DNA from: Atractiella rhizophila | Lineage: Eukaryota | Direction: 5' to 3' | DNA length: 33,465 nucleotides | NCBI GenBank assembly: GCA_021432655.1 | Contig: MU271599.1 | Location: 7,174-40,638, forward strand | Shown here: in pieces, positions 11,816-22,790 of the stretch | Layout of the letters: every line of letters begins with the position of its first letter | Numbering within the stretch: the first letter of the stretch is position 1 | Notes under the pieces: model-generated | What the model was told of the DNA's origin: nothing | Databases searched by the model: none | The model's input: only the letters and a program-made list of their open reading frames with translations | Made by a program: the position numbers and the translations under genes

Positions 11816-13389
11816 TTAAATAATGCCAACTCTCGTGCGAGTAAGGCCTCCTCTGAAGTTCCTGAAACCGCCCATCTTGGCCATACTCTTCTCCCTTTGC
11901 ATCTTCGTAAATGCACCAATGAGATGTTCAATCTGCAAAGGATCTTTCGCCTCATCCTTGTCTTTCACCAACTTCGCCGCCTCAGGAGGAGTTGGAGAAG
12001 CCACGAAATCGGATGGCGTGAAAAGCGAATCCTTCTGTTCTTCCGCGCCGTTCTTAACATCGCTACTGACATTTGGAGCTGTTGTGGCATCCGGTTTGGA
12101 GGTAGGAGACGCAGGAGCAGTAGCGGGAGGAGGAGCCACAGGAGCAGAGAAGAGACCGAGTGGCAGGTCATGGTTCAAAGGTTGAGGGTCCGTAAAAATG
12201 TTGGAGGATTTGTCCTGTGCCTTAGGGACATTGTTTGCATGAATACCTGGCGACGCGGCCGGTNNNNNNNNNNNNNNNNNNNNNNNNNTTGATCTCTCGC
12301 TCTCTTCTTCTCTATCTTCTCCACCAAGGCCTCAATTTTCGCCTCCTCTTGTTGATGTTTCTCCTCTTCCCGTCTTTTCTTCTCTTGAATAGCAAGTTGC
12401 TTCTTCTCAGCACCTTCTTTCCGATATCGAAACGCGGCTTCACAGAGCACCTGAACCATTTCGTAGCAAAGAAATCCCAATACGTCAATGACTTCGTCGT
12501 TGACTGATTGTACTTCGAGAAGGTTGGCGAACTGGACAAATTCCTTGAATCGCTTGCTCTTCTTGTACGTGAAGGAAGCTTGACGACAATCGGAATAATA
12601 CTGATACTCTTCTTTTGTCATGTTTCGAGTCAATTCATCTGCTTCCTGTTTCCAACCTCAATACTCAGACTTCTAGAATGACGACAATGCATGCCTTCAG
12701 TCGCTTCTTGGAATCCTCCCAAGCAGCTATTTCATCATCGTCTTGCTCATCCTCGGAGTCTGAGTCGATGTTAGAGGTGAAAATATTCGTGACATCCCAA
12801 GAAATCTTGATCTTGAGTTTCTTCGCCTTTAAGCTATCTGCACGTCAAACATAAACATTAAGCTCTCGGTTTAAAAGCAATACAATAAATGCTCACCGCC
12901 AGTCGCTCCTATGCTTTCCTCAAGAGTCTCTTCCAAATCATTCGCCGCTTCAGCATTATCGCTATCCTTCGCCTTCTTTCTCACATCCTTCCAACTGAGG
13001 TAGGTACGCAACCGGTTAACTTTCCCTTTGTCGTTGCGGATGAGGAAGATGAGGTCTTCGACTGAGATATAACGAGAGTTCCGCCTTTGAGCCAATCCGC
13101 GAGCTTGTATCACCTGTCTCACCCGTGGGTCAGTTCATGCTGCGCCAAGCTGGGAAGGGGAGGAGAGGAAGCGAGAGGAACGCACAATTTCTACAACTTG
13201 GCTTCGAACCACGTCTTCGATGTACCGAACCACTTCTTTGCTGGGATTTCGAACTTCGCCAAACACAAACATCTTGTCGCTACTTGAGCAAAGCTTTGAA
13301 ACCTATGCCGCATAGCTTACCATTTGTGCTATCTCTGTAGAGTACTTGTACCTCTTCTCAGGATCCGCGAAACTGGCCGTCGAAGCCAT
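11816..13389 (-). CDS. SPT3: SAGA complex subunit Spt3 (TFIID-18kDa family)
   Basis: YSTEIAQM|MFVFGEV, VEDLIFLIRNDKGKVNRLRTYLSWKDVRKKAKD and TRNMTKEEYQYYSDCRQASFTYKKSKRFKEF...DVLGFLCYEMV. The C-terminus reads PLQIEHL..AF...GGFRNFRGGLTRTRVGII*. The CDS is interrupted by an N-gap. Confidence 0.95.
12264..12288. other. Assembly gap (25 N) inside the SPT3 last exon
   Basis: Run of 25 N. The flanking open frames join only if the true gap length is 2 mod 3, so 25 is probably a placeholder. Confidence 0.95.
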
Positions 13390-13777
13390 GTTGGTCCAAA
13401 CCTCAATTCTGCTCTCTAACACTGTCAGATGTTTCACTCAGTGTTCGTCGTTGTCTCTCCTTATTCAAACGCAGCAAATCGCGATACGATTTTAAGCTCA
13501 TGGTTCGTACCATTTTCTTCTTATCTCTCTCCGAACAATGTTCAACAAGGCGTTATCTATTTAGCACGAAGCGATGTCTAATCTCAGCGATCGCAATCCT
13601 GTTCCCTGTCAATATCCAAGGCCGCGTTTTCAACTGCGAATCTAAAGACGCTGTGGCGCGGACACACCAAAGTGACATCGATTGACCTCGCTGACTTCTT
13701 CACCGTAAAGGTTTTCATACCAGCTTACAATCTCCTGACTAGTTGATAGCCGTATCGAGGATTCTAGAGCGGATACA

Positions 13778-15626
13778 ATGTCGTGTTCGGATACAGGCCG
13801 TAGTAAACATTCACGGATACATCTCGTGCGACGTTCCATAGCGCTCCTCAGTGCCGAGTTTGCCTTCAACGTCGTGCTCTGGATTGTCGCCGCCTGTTTA
13901 TTCGCTCCCGATAAAGACAAGCGACGAGTGCTGAGCCTGTGTGTCATTGCTTGGACTTTAGGACTTGTGACTTTTATCTTCTTGGACTTCGAGCAGAAGG
14001 CTGATCTTGCAATTGACGGCAACAGAGACATGGCTTGGGTGCGTTTGTCTTTCGCGATGGCCAGTTGCAGGAAGAGTTGACCACGGAGCAGACGTGGACC
14101 ATATTTCTGCGATCGACAATGCGACGCGACATCTTATTGGGCTGAATCAAATGCCAACCACGGTTGGAATGTTCTTCAGCTTTGGACATTCCACGATCGT
14201 GCTTGTCGTCGTCACAGCGGTGGGTAAGTTCATCTAACCCAATTGCTCCAAGACCTCAACCTCAAGAACGAATCAGCAATTTCAGTCAACGTCGCTAACC
14301 ACATCGATGGCGTAGGGAGCGTAGGCGGCGTCATTGGCATGTAACTCTCCTCTTGTCCACGCATCTGACGAGCGCAACAGGCGTATCTGTTTCCGCCTCG
14401 TTCCTCTTACTCATCGCGATCATCAACTCTTTCGTCCTTTTCAAAACTCTGAAAGCACGCCAAGAAGTGCAAAATAGTGGTGTTTCTCCTTCGTCTCCGT
14501 TGAACATCTTTCCTGCCAGCTCCATCCAAGGAGGATACATGATGAAGGTGTTCAGTTCCATTTTTAAAGTTATAAATCGACCCTGGAAGGTGAGTACTCC
14601 CTGGTGCACCTCGTGGCAAATCGGTAGTCTGATTTCTCACAAGATGTATCCTGTTGGAATACTCTTCGGCTTGGGATTTGATACTGCTTCAGAGGTACAT
14701 GTTCGGCGTTGGAAGCAGGAAAGGCATCTGATCATTTGCAGGTGACTCTACTTGGAGTTAGTGCGCTCGCGAGAAGGGATGATACCACCGGTTCTCCAAT
14801 AGCGGCGAGTAACATCGTCATATTGCCCCTTTTATTCACAGCAGGTTGCTATCCTCTCTTTGTTCCGGCCTCGCTCACTCAGAGGTTGTGTACAGGAATG
14901 AGCTTGGTCGATAGTTTGGACGCTGTAGGAATGGTCTTCGCATATGGAATTCCGTTTTTGGATGACGGGGTGGAGGAATGGTGGCGCTTATGGATGAGGA
15001 CTTCGAAAGGCTCTGTTTCGGCAGTTGTCGATGAAAGCGAGAAAGATATCAAAGAGGAAGAGGAAGAGATCGGGAAACCAGACGCTAACCCAAATCAGGA
15101 GGGAATGTCGGTTTACTGCGTTGAAGAAAACAAGGCGTCTACTTTTGGCGCGAAGAAAAGCAACACATTCTTCAAACTTAGCGTCATGTTGACAATTATG
15201 AGCATAATCATAGCTCTTCTCATCAGCATTGTGCGCCTTTCCTCACCCAAAGCACTGCGGCAAGTTAACATCTTGCCCAGATCGAGTTCATGGGGTACCT
15301 TTCTTCCACGTCAAAACTCCTTCACTGATCCATCAGACAGCCTGGCAGCTGAAAAGTGCGCTTCCTGTGCACGCGACGCAGAAGAAGACAATGGACTATG
15401 TGAGCTTCCAAGCGAATTTTGCCACTGAGAGAAAGGCTAATAGAGCAAAGCTGGAAGATGGTGGAGATTCTGGATAGCGGTCAACGATAACTCGGGATAC
15501 ATAGGAGCAGCTGTCGCGGGAACTTTCCTTGTGGTAACAATCAGTTGGCTGCTCTTTGCGAAGGTACGGAAGAGAGCTCGAAAGATTGAAGCAAAGGAGG
15601 GACGTTGTCAAGAGTCGGCTGTATAA
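13778..15626 (+). CDS. High-affinity nickel/cobalt permease, NiCoT (NicO/HoxN/NixA; Nic1-like)
   Basis: Spliced motifs: WTLGL|RHGL|DVDHISAIDNATR, GMFFSFGHSTIV, GGVIG|VSVSASFL, RPWK|MYPVGILFGLGFDTASE|V and LFTAG|MSLVDSLD. The end reads WIAVNDNSGYIGAAVAG...QESAV* (TAA 15624-15626). Confidence 0.93.
14337..14380 (+). other. Non-canonical GC-AG intron in the NiCoT gene
   Basis: Only the donor G|GCATGT with acceptor ACAG at 14380 keeps the frame and gives the conserved GGVIGVSVSASFL. The neighbouring GTAACT donor causes a frameshift. Confidence 0.75.
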
Positions 15627-16145
15627 CGAAATCCAACACCATTGTGTGAAAGGACGAGCGCAGAACCCATCATAAGAAGATGTGTAACATGCACGTATCT
15701 TAAAAAAAAAATATGAACAACGGGAACAAATAAGAGACCTTCATCCATAAGCTACATATCTGCGTTGAGCAGGCTACTGGAGTTGATGTCACAAACGCAG
15801 AAGTGAAACGAGTACTGGGGTTAGATCTTGATAAATATAATGAAGGCACCTCCACCTAGCTCGTTTGTTAGGAAATGAGTACTTTAGTAGTCAGCATGAA
15901 TTTCAGGCAACATGTTTTATCAATCATTCTTGTGAACCTAGCTCACAGTATAGTCCTTCGAACGAGTCTACAGAGTGGTGCAGAGAGCATCTCCACATGA
16001 ATACAAGATAGCCAGAGCTTTGCTGACAGAGTTCAAACGAGAGCAAGCACGCTAGCTCCAAAATTCCGAAGTTGAGGATGAAAAACGAGACGAACGTAAC
16101 CTGCTCGATGAGCGCTGCTCCTCGCCTTCTTTTCTTGCATGAAAG

Positions 16146-16870
16146 TTAGGCAAAATTCCATTTGACCTTTGCAGCTTGCGGTCAGACTGCAGCTGAGTGC
16201 AGGATGGAAAAAGACACTGACCTTGAAGCGTCCAGTTGTTGCTCCATTGAAGAGTTTTTGGAAAGGAGCCAAAGCAAAGTCAAGGTCGTTCGGTGCACAA
16301 GTCGGACATCTATCATTAGAGTAGGACAGAATTAGTGACACCAGTACTGCGCTTTGAAGAAAGAAAAATTGACTTGTCTTTGATGGTAGCCTTGATTGTG
16401 ACGCCATTAGCAGTTACTTTCACCTGCTTACCACAGTAATGGTTGTGATTGGGATTGGTGTCACCTATTCCCCATTGACGGGTCTGTGTCAGTCGAGGAA
16501 GAGAAGGAAACGACATACCAGCAGGTTGACCTTTGTCGAAGTGACCACCTCCAAGAGCAACGATGAAGTCACCTAATGGTTATACGCTCAGAGAAAGCAA
16601 TTTTATAGGGAGGAATAACAAACTAGCCGTGTTCACTTCGCCGCAGGCACCAAGCCCGGCGTCAAAGCTGTGGATGCAGCAGTGAGAAGTAGCTATGAAC
16701 ACTATCATGAGAGCGGGAACTTACACAGTAGCATCTGCCGTGTAGATGTGAGGTTTCTTCTTGGTAACCCTCTTGAAATGTTTAGGAGACTTGTGAACGT
16801 CAACATCGGCGGCGGCAGCGAAAACGAAGGAAAAGAAGGCGAAGAGCAAGAAGGCGACGGCGGACTTCAT
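16146..16870 (-). CDS. Small secreted RlpA-like double-psi beta-barrel protein (loosenin/expansin-related)
   Basis: Signal peptide MKSAVAFLLFAFFSFVFAA. Spliced motifs: DATVFDAGLGACG, DFIVAL, TNPNHNHYCGKQVKVT, ATIKDKCPTC..NDLDF and GRFK|VKWNFA*. Five short introns. Confidence 0.88.
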
Positions 16871-17322
16871 TCTTATGATATGTCAAATAACGAAGGGAAG
16901 GGAAGATCTGGAAAGGATAAAGACAGTCGAAATGAAGGAGTCAACGATGCGTTGAAAGAAAATGATAAAGGAACTTGAAGAAAGAAAAAGGACCTTCGTC
17001 GTTTAAATCTGGGACATCGGCGCAGCTGTTTCAGGTTAGGTTCCGTGAACTTGAAGCTCAATGTTGCCGTTATGCTACAAAGCTAAAATATTGAAAGGTC
17101 GAACCCAGCAGCAGTCTAGGTCCAACCAAGTTCAACATAGCGCAATCCATCCACCTCACGATTCGCATGCAAATGATTCCGGATGGTGTCTTTCTGATAA
17201 CTCTGGCATCGATCATCGTCGTATTGAGAACGATGCATACAGGCATGCTCTGCCCTGTCTATGGCTTTCACCTTCTCACGCAATATAGATTACGACCTGT
17301 AGTCTAGCTTCTTTTTCGAAGA

Positions 17323-19062
17323 ATGACTGAAAAGCAAACATTTACCTTATCCCAAGACTCTCAGGGACCAGGACTTGTCAATCTCATCACGCTCGCAACA
17401 TTCACCAATGCGCTCCATATCTCCATTCTGCCCTCTTTCCTGTCTCGCCTACCTTCCTCAATTCACACGATCCGGATCACATTTGATGTAGCCCTTGGAT
17501 TTAAGGATCATATTCCCGCAGCCGTGACCTCGAAATTGTCTTGCTTCTCACCTGCGCATCTCGAAAATTATGATGCAGTCGAAAATAACGCTGTAGCGAA
17601 TCTTTGCGTCACGTTCGGCAAGGAAAATGTCACGGCAACCTTTGGCGCGGTCGGATGGCATGCACCCTCTCATTCATCTGCCAAGTTGGTTGATGCGCCA
17701 ACACAAACAGAACCATTCACCTGCACCTTTCCTCTCCTTCCTGAAAGTCGCTCTCAGGCTATTTTCGCCCCCGTCGCTCTGTATTCCGAAGACGAACAGC
17801 GCTTCGTCCCCATCATCAGTGCTGACAAACCTCTCCTGACATCCCTCCATCAAAGCTCTACTACCATCATCCAAATCTCGCTTCCCCGTATTATTGGGGG
17901 AGTTCCTACATGCTCTATCTCGTGTCTACCTGTCGAACTGCTTTCTCTCGTCTTCGATTTCCTCACATTGCCCAGAGGCAAAGATGATTTCTATGTGTAC
18001 AAATCCGGGCGAATCCTCTCACATGTCTGCCAAATCTGGAGGGCTGTTTCAGCTCCTTATTGGGATGTACCTGCTTCTGCACAGAAGAAGCATGCAATAC
18101 TGAAACTCTATCCTCGCGCCGGGCGACGGTGGAGACAGCTACAGTTCACACAAGACATCAACATTGGCATGGTGAAAGTAGTAATCGTAGGTTCGCCCAA
18201 CGTTAGAGAAGTGTGGCTAGATGCATTTTGGCATGAAGAGGAAGCAGAGATGGTTTTGGGTGCCATTGAAAGCTTGACAAGAGTGGAGGAGGTTACGTTT
18301 GGGCGTAGGGGTTCGAGAAAATGGAGGAAAACAGAGGTGGAGAACTTTACCCAAAGGATGAGTGGGAGGATCAAGCGGTTGACAGCTCACGAGGTGGACG
18401 ACTCTTCTTTCTCCTTCTCTGTTCAGTCCGCGTCAGCAGGTCTTCAATTACCTCCTGGATTTGTGTCCCTAACCCTTCATACTTACCCGCCTCTCCAATC
18501 TCTAGCCCTACCGAACACCTTGCTACGTCTGACTCTCTCCAATCTGTGTCCCCTCCCTTCGTGTATCTTTGGTTCCTCCCCTCTACCACCGCTCCTACAG
18601 CATCTCTCACTCAAACTCGCTCCCTACTCCTCTGATGGAAATATCTCCATCCTACCCACTCCGCTCAACTTGTCACATCTCACTCACCTCACCTCCCTCG
18701 ACCTCGACGGCGACCACGAAACTTCCAATCTTGTTTCCCGTCAGCTGTTTTTCACTCTCAAGAATGCGAAAGAGTTGAAAAACATCCATCTTGCCTTCTG
18801 CGTGGTAGAGTGGTACGGCTTTCCAGAATTTATCCGATGGTTCTTTGGGGATCGGCGGGCGACTGAAGAAGGGAATAAGAAGGCACAGGAGGGTAGATCT
18901 ATTGACGAGAAAGCGGCGAGAGGACGTTATTTGAGTGTTCTTCTATTGTTTGGAGAATGGGAAGAGGAGCAGATCTGGATTGCCAGGAGGACGATGAGGG
19001 AGTGCGGTGTGCGCGAGTGGCACAAACGGTCGAGGGTTTCTGAGGAGTGTGAAGAGGAGTGA
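17323..19062 (+). CDS. Intronless 579-aa protein: unknown N-terminal domain, internal F-box-like motif, degenerate LRR/RNI-like region
   Basis: Single ORF with ISCLPVELLSLVFDFL...LSHVCQIWRAVS (F-box-like), followed by LxxLxL repeats (LLRLTLSNL, LQHLSLKL, LTHLTSLDL, LKNIHLAF). Paralog at 19931. Confidence 0.8.
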   Translation: MTEKQTFTLSQDSQGPGLVNLITLATFTNALHISILPSFLSRLPSSIHTIRITFDVALGFKDHIPAAVTSKLSCFSPAHLENYDAVENNAVANLCVTFGKENVTATFGAVGWHAPSHSSAKLVDAPTQTEPFTCTFPLLPESRSQAIFAPVALYSEDEQRFVPIISADKPLLTSLHQSSTTIIQISLPRIIGGVPTCSISCLPVELLSLVFDFLTLPRGKDDFYVYKSGRILSHVCQIWRAVSAPYWDVPASAQKKHAILKLYPRAGRRWRQLQFTQDINIGMVKVVIVGSPNVREVWLDAFWHEEEAEMVLGAIESLTRVEEVTFGRRGSRKWRKTEVENFTQRMSGRIKRLTAHEVDDSSFSFSVQSASAGLQLPPGFVSLTLHTYPPLQSLALPNTLLRLTLSNLCPLPSCIFGSSPLPPLLQHLSLKLAPYSSDGNISILPTPLNLSHLTHLTSLDLDGDHETSNLVSRQLFFTLKNAKELKNIHLAFCVVEWYGFPEFIRWFFGDRRATEEGNKKAQEGRSIDEKAARGRYLSVLLLFGEWEEEQIWIARRTMRECGVREWHKRSRVSEECEEE

Positions 19063-19930
19063 TGTCGCAAGTATGAAATTTTTGACTTGGGGTGAGAGAA
19101 GACGAGCAGGAAGGTCATGCTCCTATCACCTTTGGTACCGAGCAATTGGATTGAAGAACAGGCTCAATACCGCCACGGAATATACGAGGGGAGTCGCTGC
19201 GTAGTGTCCAAGGCAGCTGGTATGATCTAAGCCGCGAGTAGAAGGAAAAATGTTCTGGATAAGCGGAGAAACGAAGGAAAGGTGGACGGTTAAAACATCC
19301 ACTCATGAGATCGACAGCATCCTTCGTGCTCGTGGTTGATATGGACCATGCATCATTTGTGCGTTATAAATCAAGAAAGAATACTTTGCGTTTGAATATT
19401 CAAGTCCGTCATGCAACCCCAATTTGTTTTATAAAGCGTGAAGTCAGCCCTTTCTTTAGGCGCTTCTGTCCATTCTGTACCCGGAAACTGCTCAAAAGTT
19501 TCACAAAGGATAACATATGAAGAGTTGATTGGATACGAAGGTAATAATGAAGAGCAACTCCAAGCTCCTGTTGAACTTGATGAAGCTCTCTCGTCTCCAC
19601 CATAGGAGTACCCAATCAAAACAGGGACAATAATTGACTGAAGAAGTCCGTTTGCAGGTTCATCGAGTTATTAACAACCCTCATCTTGCCTTCAAGTACA
19701 GCAGACTAACCGTGCATAAGTGCAACCTATCCGCCTAATCCATCGTCACACGACCATCGTTCTCCAACTCTCACACGAACGACACATTCCGAGTGCTAGG
19801 CCAGCCGCACAATTTCGATGGTATTTTTTTGTCGTACTGCCGTCCTGAGGAGCAGTTGACGTTTCAGTCTGCCTTTTATTAATCTTTGGGCTTCCTTTGA
19901 GGGGTATAGTCTGGCTCCATTTCTTCAAGA

Positions 19931-21608
19931 ATGACTGAGCAGCAAATATCTACCCGATGCCAGAATTGTCAGGAACCAGATTTCACCGGACTTCTCCACG
20001 TTGTCACGCTGGCATTCTGGAGCGATTCGCTCCACATCTCCATTCTTCCCTCTTTCCTATCCTGCATACCTCTGCCAATCCACACGCTCCGGATCACTTT
20101 TATATTTCGTCTTACGTTCAGCCCTGAATCCCCCGCCAAGTTATCCTCCAAGTTATCCTTTTTCTCTCTTGAATGCCCCAAATGTGGAGGCAACGAGGAC
20201 GGTATAGCGAACCTTTGCATCACCTACGAACAGGAAAAGGTCACAGGAACTTTTGGGAACGGAGAAGTATCTGCACATGTTGATTTCGAACATCCGTCAG
20301 TCCAACTGGACCCTTTAACTCGCTCGTTCCCTCTCCTTCCAGAAAATCGATCACACGCCATCTTTGCCCCCGTCATCCTCTACTCTGGAGACAAAGAACA
20401 CTTCGTGCCTGTCAGTGATGCCGAAGTATCGACCGTCCCATCAATCCGTCAGAGCACGGCGAACATTATTCAACTCTCACTCGCCCCAACTCCGGGGGTT
20501 ACTCCATGCTCCATCTCACGCCTACCTGCAGAGCTCCTCTCACTCATCTTCGACTTGCTCACAGCGAAAGAAGCGTATTCCCTCGGATGCGACACAGCTT
20601 CCCGGCTGTCTGACGTATGCCAGTTCTGGAGGTCTGTTTCAGCTGCTTATTGGACCGAACCTGATTCTGCGGAGGAGAAGTATACTCGCTTGAGACTTTA
20701 CCCTGATGCTGGACGTTTGTGGAGGTATGTGTGGTTCCGCCAGAGGATCAGTATCGGGAGTGCAAAAGAGGTCATCCTCGGTTCACCCAATGTGACGGAC
20801 GTGACTCTGGATGCTTTTTGGAATGAGGAGGATGCAAAGATAGTATTGGATGGAATTGCAAGCTTGAAAGCGGTGGAAAGGTTAACATTCGAACGCGGAG
20901 GTTCAAGAAAGTGGAAGAAGGAGGAGGTAGAGAACCTAACACGGAGGATGAGTGGGATCAAACGGCTCTTCGTTTACGGAGTGGAAGACTCACCTTCCTC
21001 CTCCTCCATCCCTTCTGCACCAGGAGGCCTCCAATTACCTCCTGACCTCATATCCCTAGCACTTCAATCTTACCCACCTTTGCCATCACTCTTCCTCCCA
21101 CATACCCTCCTGCACCTGACTTTGACCAATGTGTGTCCCCGTCGCTTCCTCCATCTCAGGCTCCCCTCTGCCACCTCTTCTAAAACATCTCAATCTCGAG
21201 CTCTCCCCTTTCAGTGACGACGGAAATATATCCATCCTTCCCACTCCACTGGATTTTTCATACCTCAAACAACTCACTACTCTCTCCATCGACGGCGGAC
21301 AGGAAACTTCAAATCTTGTTTCCCGTCAGTTCTTCAGCACGTTGAAAAGTGCCATGGCGATAGAATACATCAAGCTTTCGTACTGTGCGGTGGACTGGTT
21401 CCATTTCCCAGACTTCATCCGTTGGTTCTTTGTGGATCGGCTTGGATCAGGCGAGGAGAAAGCGGTGAGAGGACAACAGTTAATTGTTCTTTTATTCTTT
21501 GGAGAGTGGGATGAGGAGGAGATTGGGATTGCTAGGAGGACGTTAAGAGAGTGTGGGGACAAATGGTCGAACGTTTGGGATGATGCCGACGCTGGTGGAA
21601 GACCTTGA
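19931..21608 (+). pseudogene. Tandem paralog of 17323-19062 with a +1 frameshift (pseudogene or sequencing error)
   Basis: ORF 19931-21217 and ORF 21129-21608 are collinear with the upstream paralog. Deleting one C from CCCC at 21137-21140 restores NVCPVASSISGSPLPPLLKHL (paralog NLCPLPSCIFGSSPLPPLLQHL) and a 558-aa protein. Confidence 0.75.
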
Positions 21609-21728
21609 GATTTGAACCTTGAATTTACGTGCAAGGCATCCATGCGATATTTCGAGCTCTCAAGTTCACATCCCAAATCAATGCTCATTAAATCTTATAG
21701 CACTCATTCACCAACTTCTTGCAGTCCT

Positions 21729-22790
21729 TCAACAGATCGCGTTTGCATCTCCACCGAAAGGTAGCCACCCTCTACATCGTTCACTCCCACAAAGACACGC
21801 TGTTCTTCGCCAATGCTCCCTTTCTCCATCTGATGCGGATCTGGATCCCTCGAGCCCATCTCCATAATCCCACCTCAACTCCTCTCCACTCTCCACATCC
21901 CTCCTCACAAACATCCCAATCAGAGGATGCACCGAACCAACTGGTCGGACAGGGACTAAGATGAGATTATGAGCTGGAGGACAAGCGTGATTTGCGAAGC
22001 GGCCAACATTCCCTGTTTTACGCGCATCGATGATGGTCAAAACTTCTGTCGAAAAGTTGCCCTCATGAACTCTTCGTGAACGTTCTCGAACGGAAAGGAT
22101 ATAATTGTCTTTCATCCCTTCCGCACGACGCCTCCTCGCTTCCTCTGCATCGATCATCTCTCCTGAATAAAGGCATACAAACGTCCCCTTCACAATCCTC
22201 TGCTCCGCAAAGAGTCCTGCTCCTCCGATCGTCTCAGATTTTCGAATGGAAAGCGATACTCGAACTCCCAGCTGTGAGACTCGAAGGCTGCATCGAGCAG
22301 GTGAACAGGAGCAAAGAGGGCTGCATTCGCGCAGAGGGAAGTCGGGAGGAACGGCAGCGAGTTGCAACACGCTGGTGACTTGACTGGAAGCTGAATCGTT
22401 CGACGAGTCGTAAAAATTACCGAAGTTCGAAACGCATTCACAATCCTCGGAAGAAGATGTACATTGTGGACCAGAGGTTGAATCTATGGGGCAACTGCAC
22501 CCTATTCCTTCGCCTTCCTCGTCCTCATCGAAGCCCGAGTCCGCTGGGGAGTGTGTTATTACTGAAAGTAACAGGCTCCCATCGCTAGTCACTGGTTGCG
22601 ACGAGTAATCACCCAGCTGTCCAAGAAGGTGGGAAACGTCTTCCTCCTTGTTTACGATTACAGGAATTGCGATAGGTTCGGCTAATGCGTCAAAATCAAT
22701 GAGAAATATCTCTTGACAATGGGAAGCAGTATCAATACCGCTACTAAAATGCTGAACTATATGGCTTATCTGAACGCCAAACGGCGTGAA
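21729..22790 (-). CDS. Pre-SET/SET/post-SET histone-lysine methyltransferase (SETMAR/SUVR3-like); 5' end uncertain
   Basis: Pre-SET Cys cluster (GCSC..C..CEC...ECSPLCSC...C), then GAGLFA, FVCLYSGE, IDARKTGNVGRFANHAC, GEELRWDYG and post-SET CLCGSERCRGWLP. The frame stays open upstream to about 22790 (EPIAIPVIVN) without an ATG, so a 5' exon is implied. Confidence 0.88.
   Translation of the reverse strand, partial: FTPFGVQISHIVQHFSSGIDTASHCQEIFLIDFDALAEPIAIPVIVNKEEDVSHLLGQLGDYSSQPVTSDGSLLLSVITHSPADSGFDEDEEGEGIGCSCPIDSTSGPQCTSSSEDCECVSNFGNFYDSSNDSASSQVTSVLQLAAVPPDFPLRECSPLCSCSPARCSLRVSQLGVRVSLSIRKSETIGGAGLFAEQRIVKGTFVCLYSGEMIDAEEARRRRAEGMKDNYILSVRERSRRVHEGNFSTEVLTIIDARKTGNVGRFANHACPPAHNLILVPVRPVGSVHPLIGMFVRRDVESGEELRWDYGDGLEGSRSASDGEREHWRRTACLCGSERCRGWLPFGGDANAIC

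Noticed and set aside
19300..19620. Coding-like fragments between the tandem paralogs (CPFC; YEELIGYEGNNEEQLQ)
   Set aside because: Short, in different frames, not similar to the paralogs, and no gene model could be built.
21729..22790. SETMAR-like fusion with a mariner transposase
   Set aside because: A stop follows the post-SET directly, and no DDD transposase or TIRs are visible nearby.
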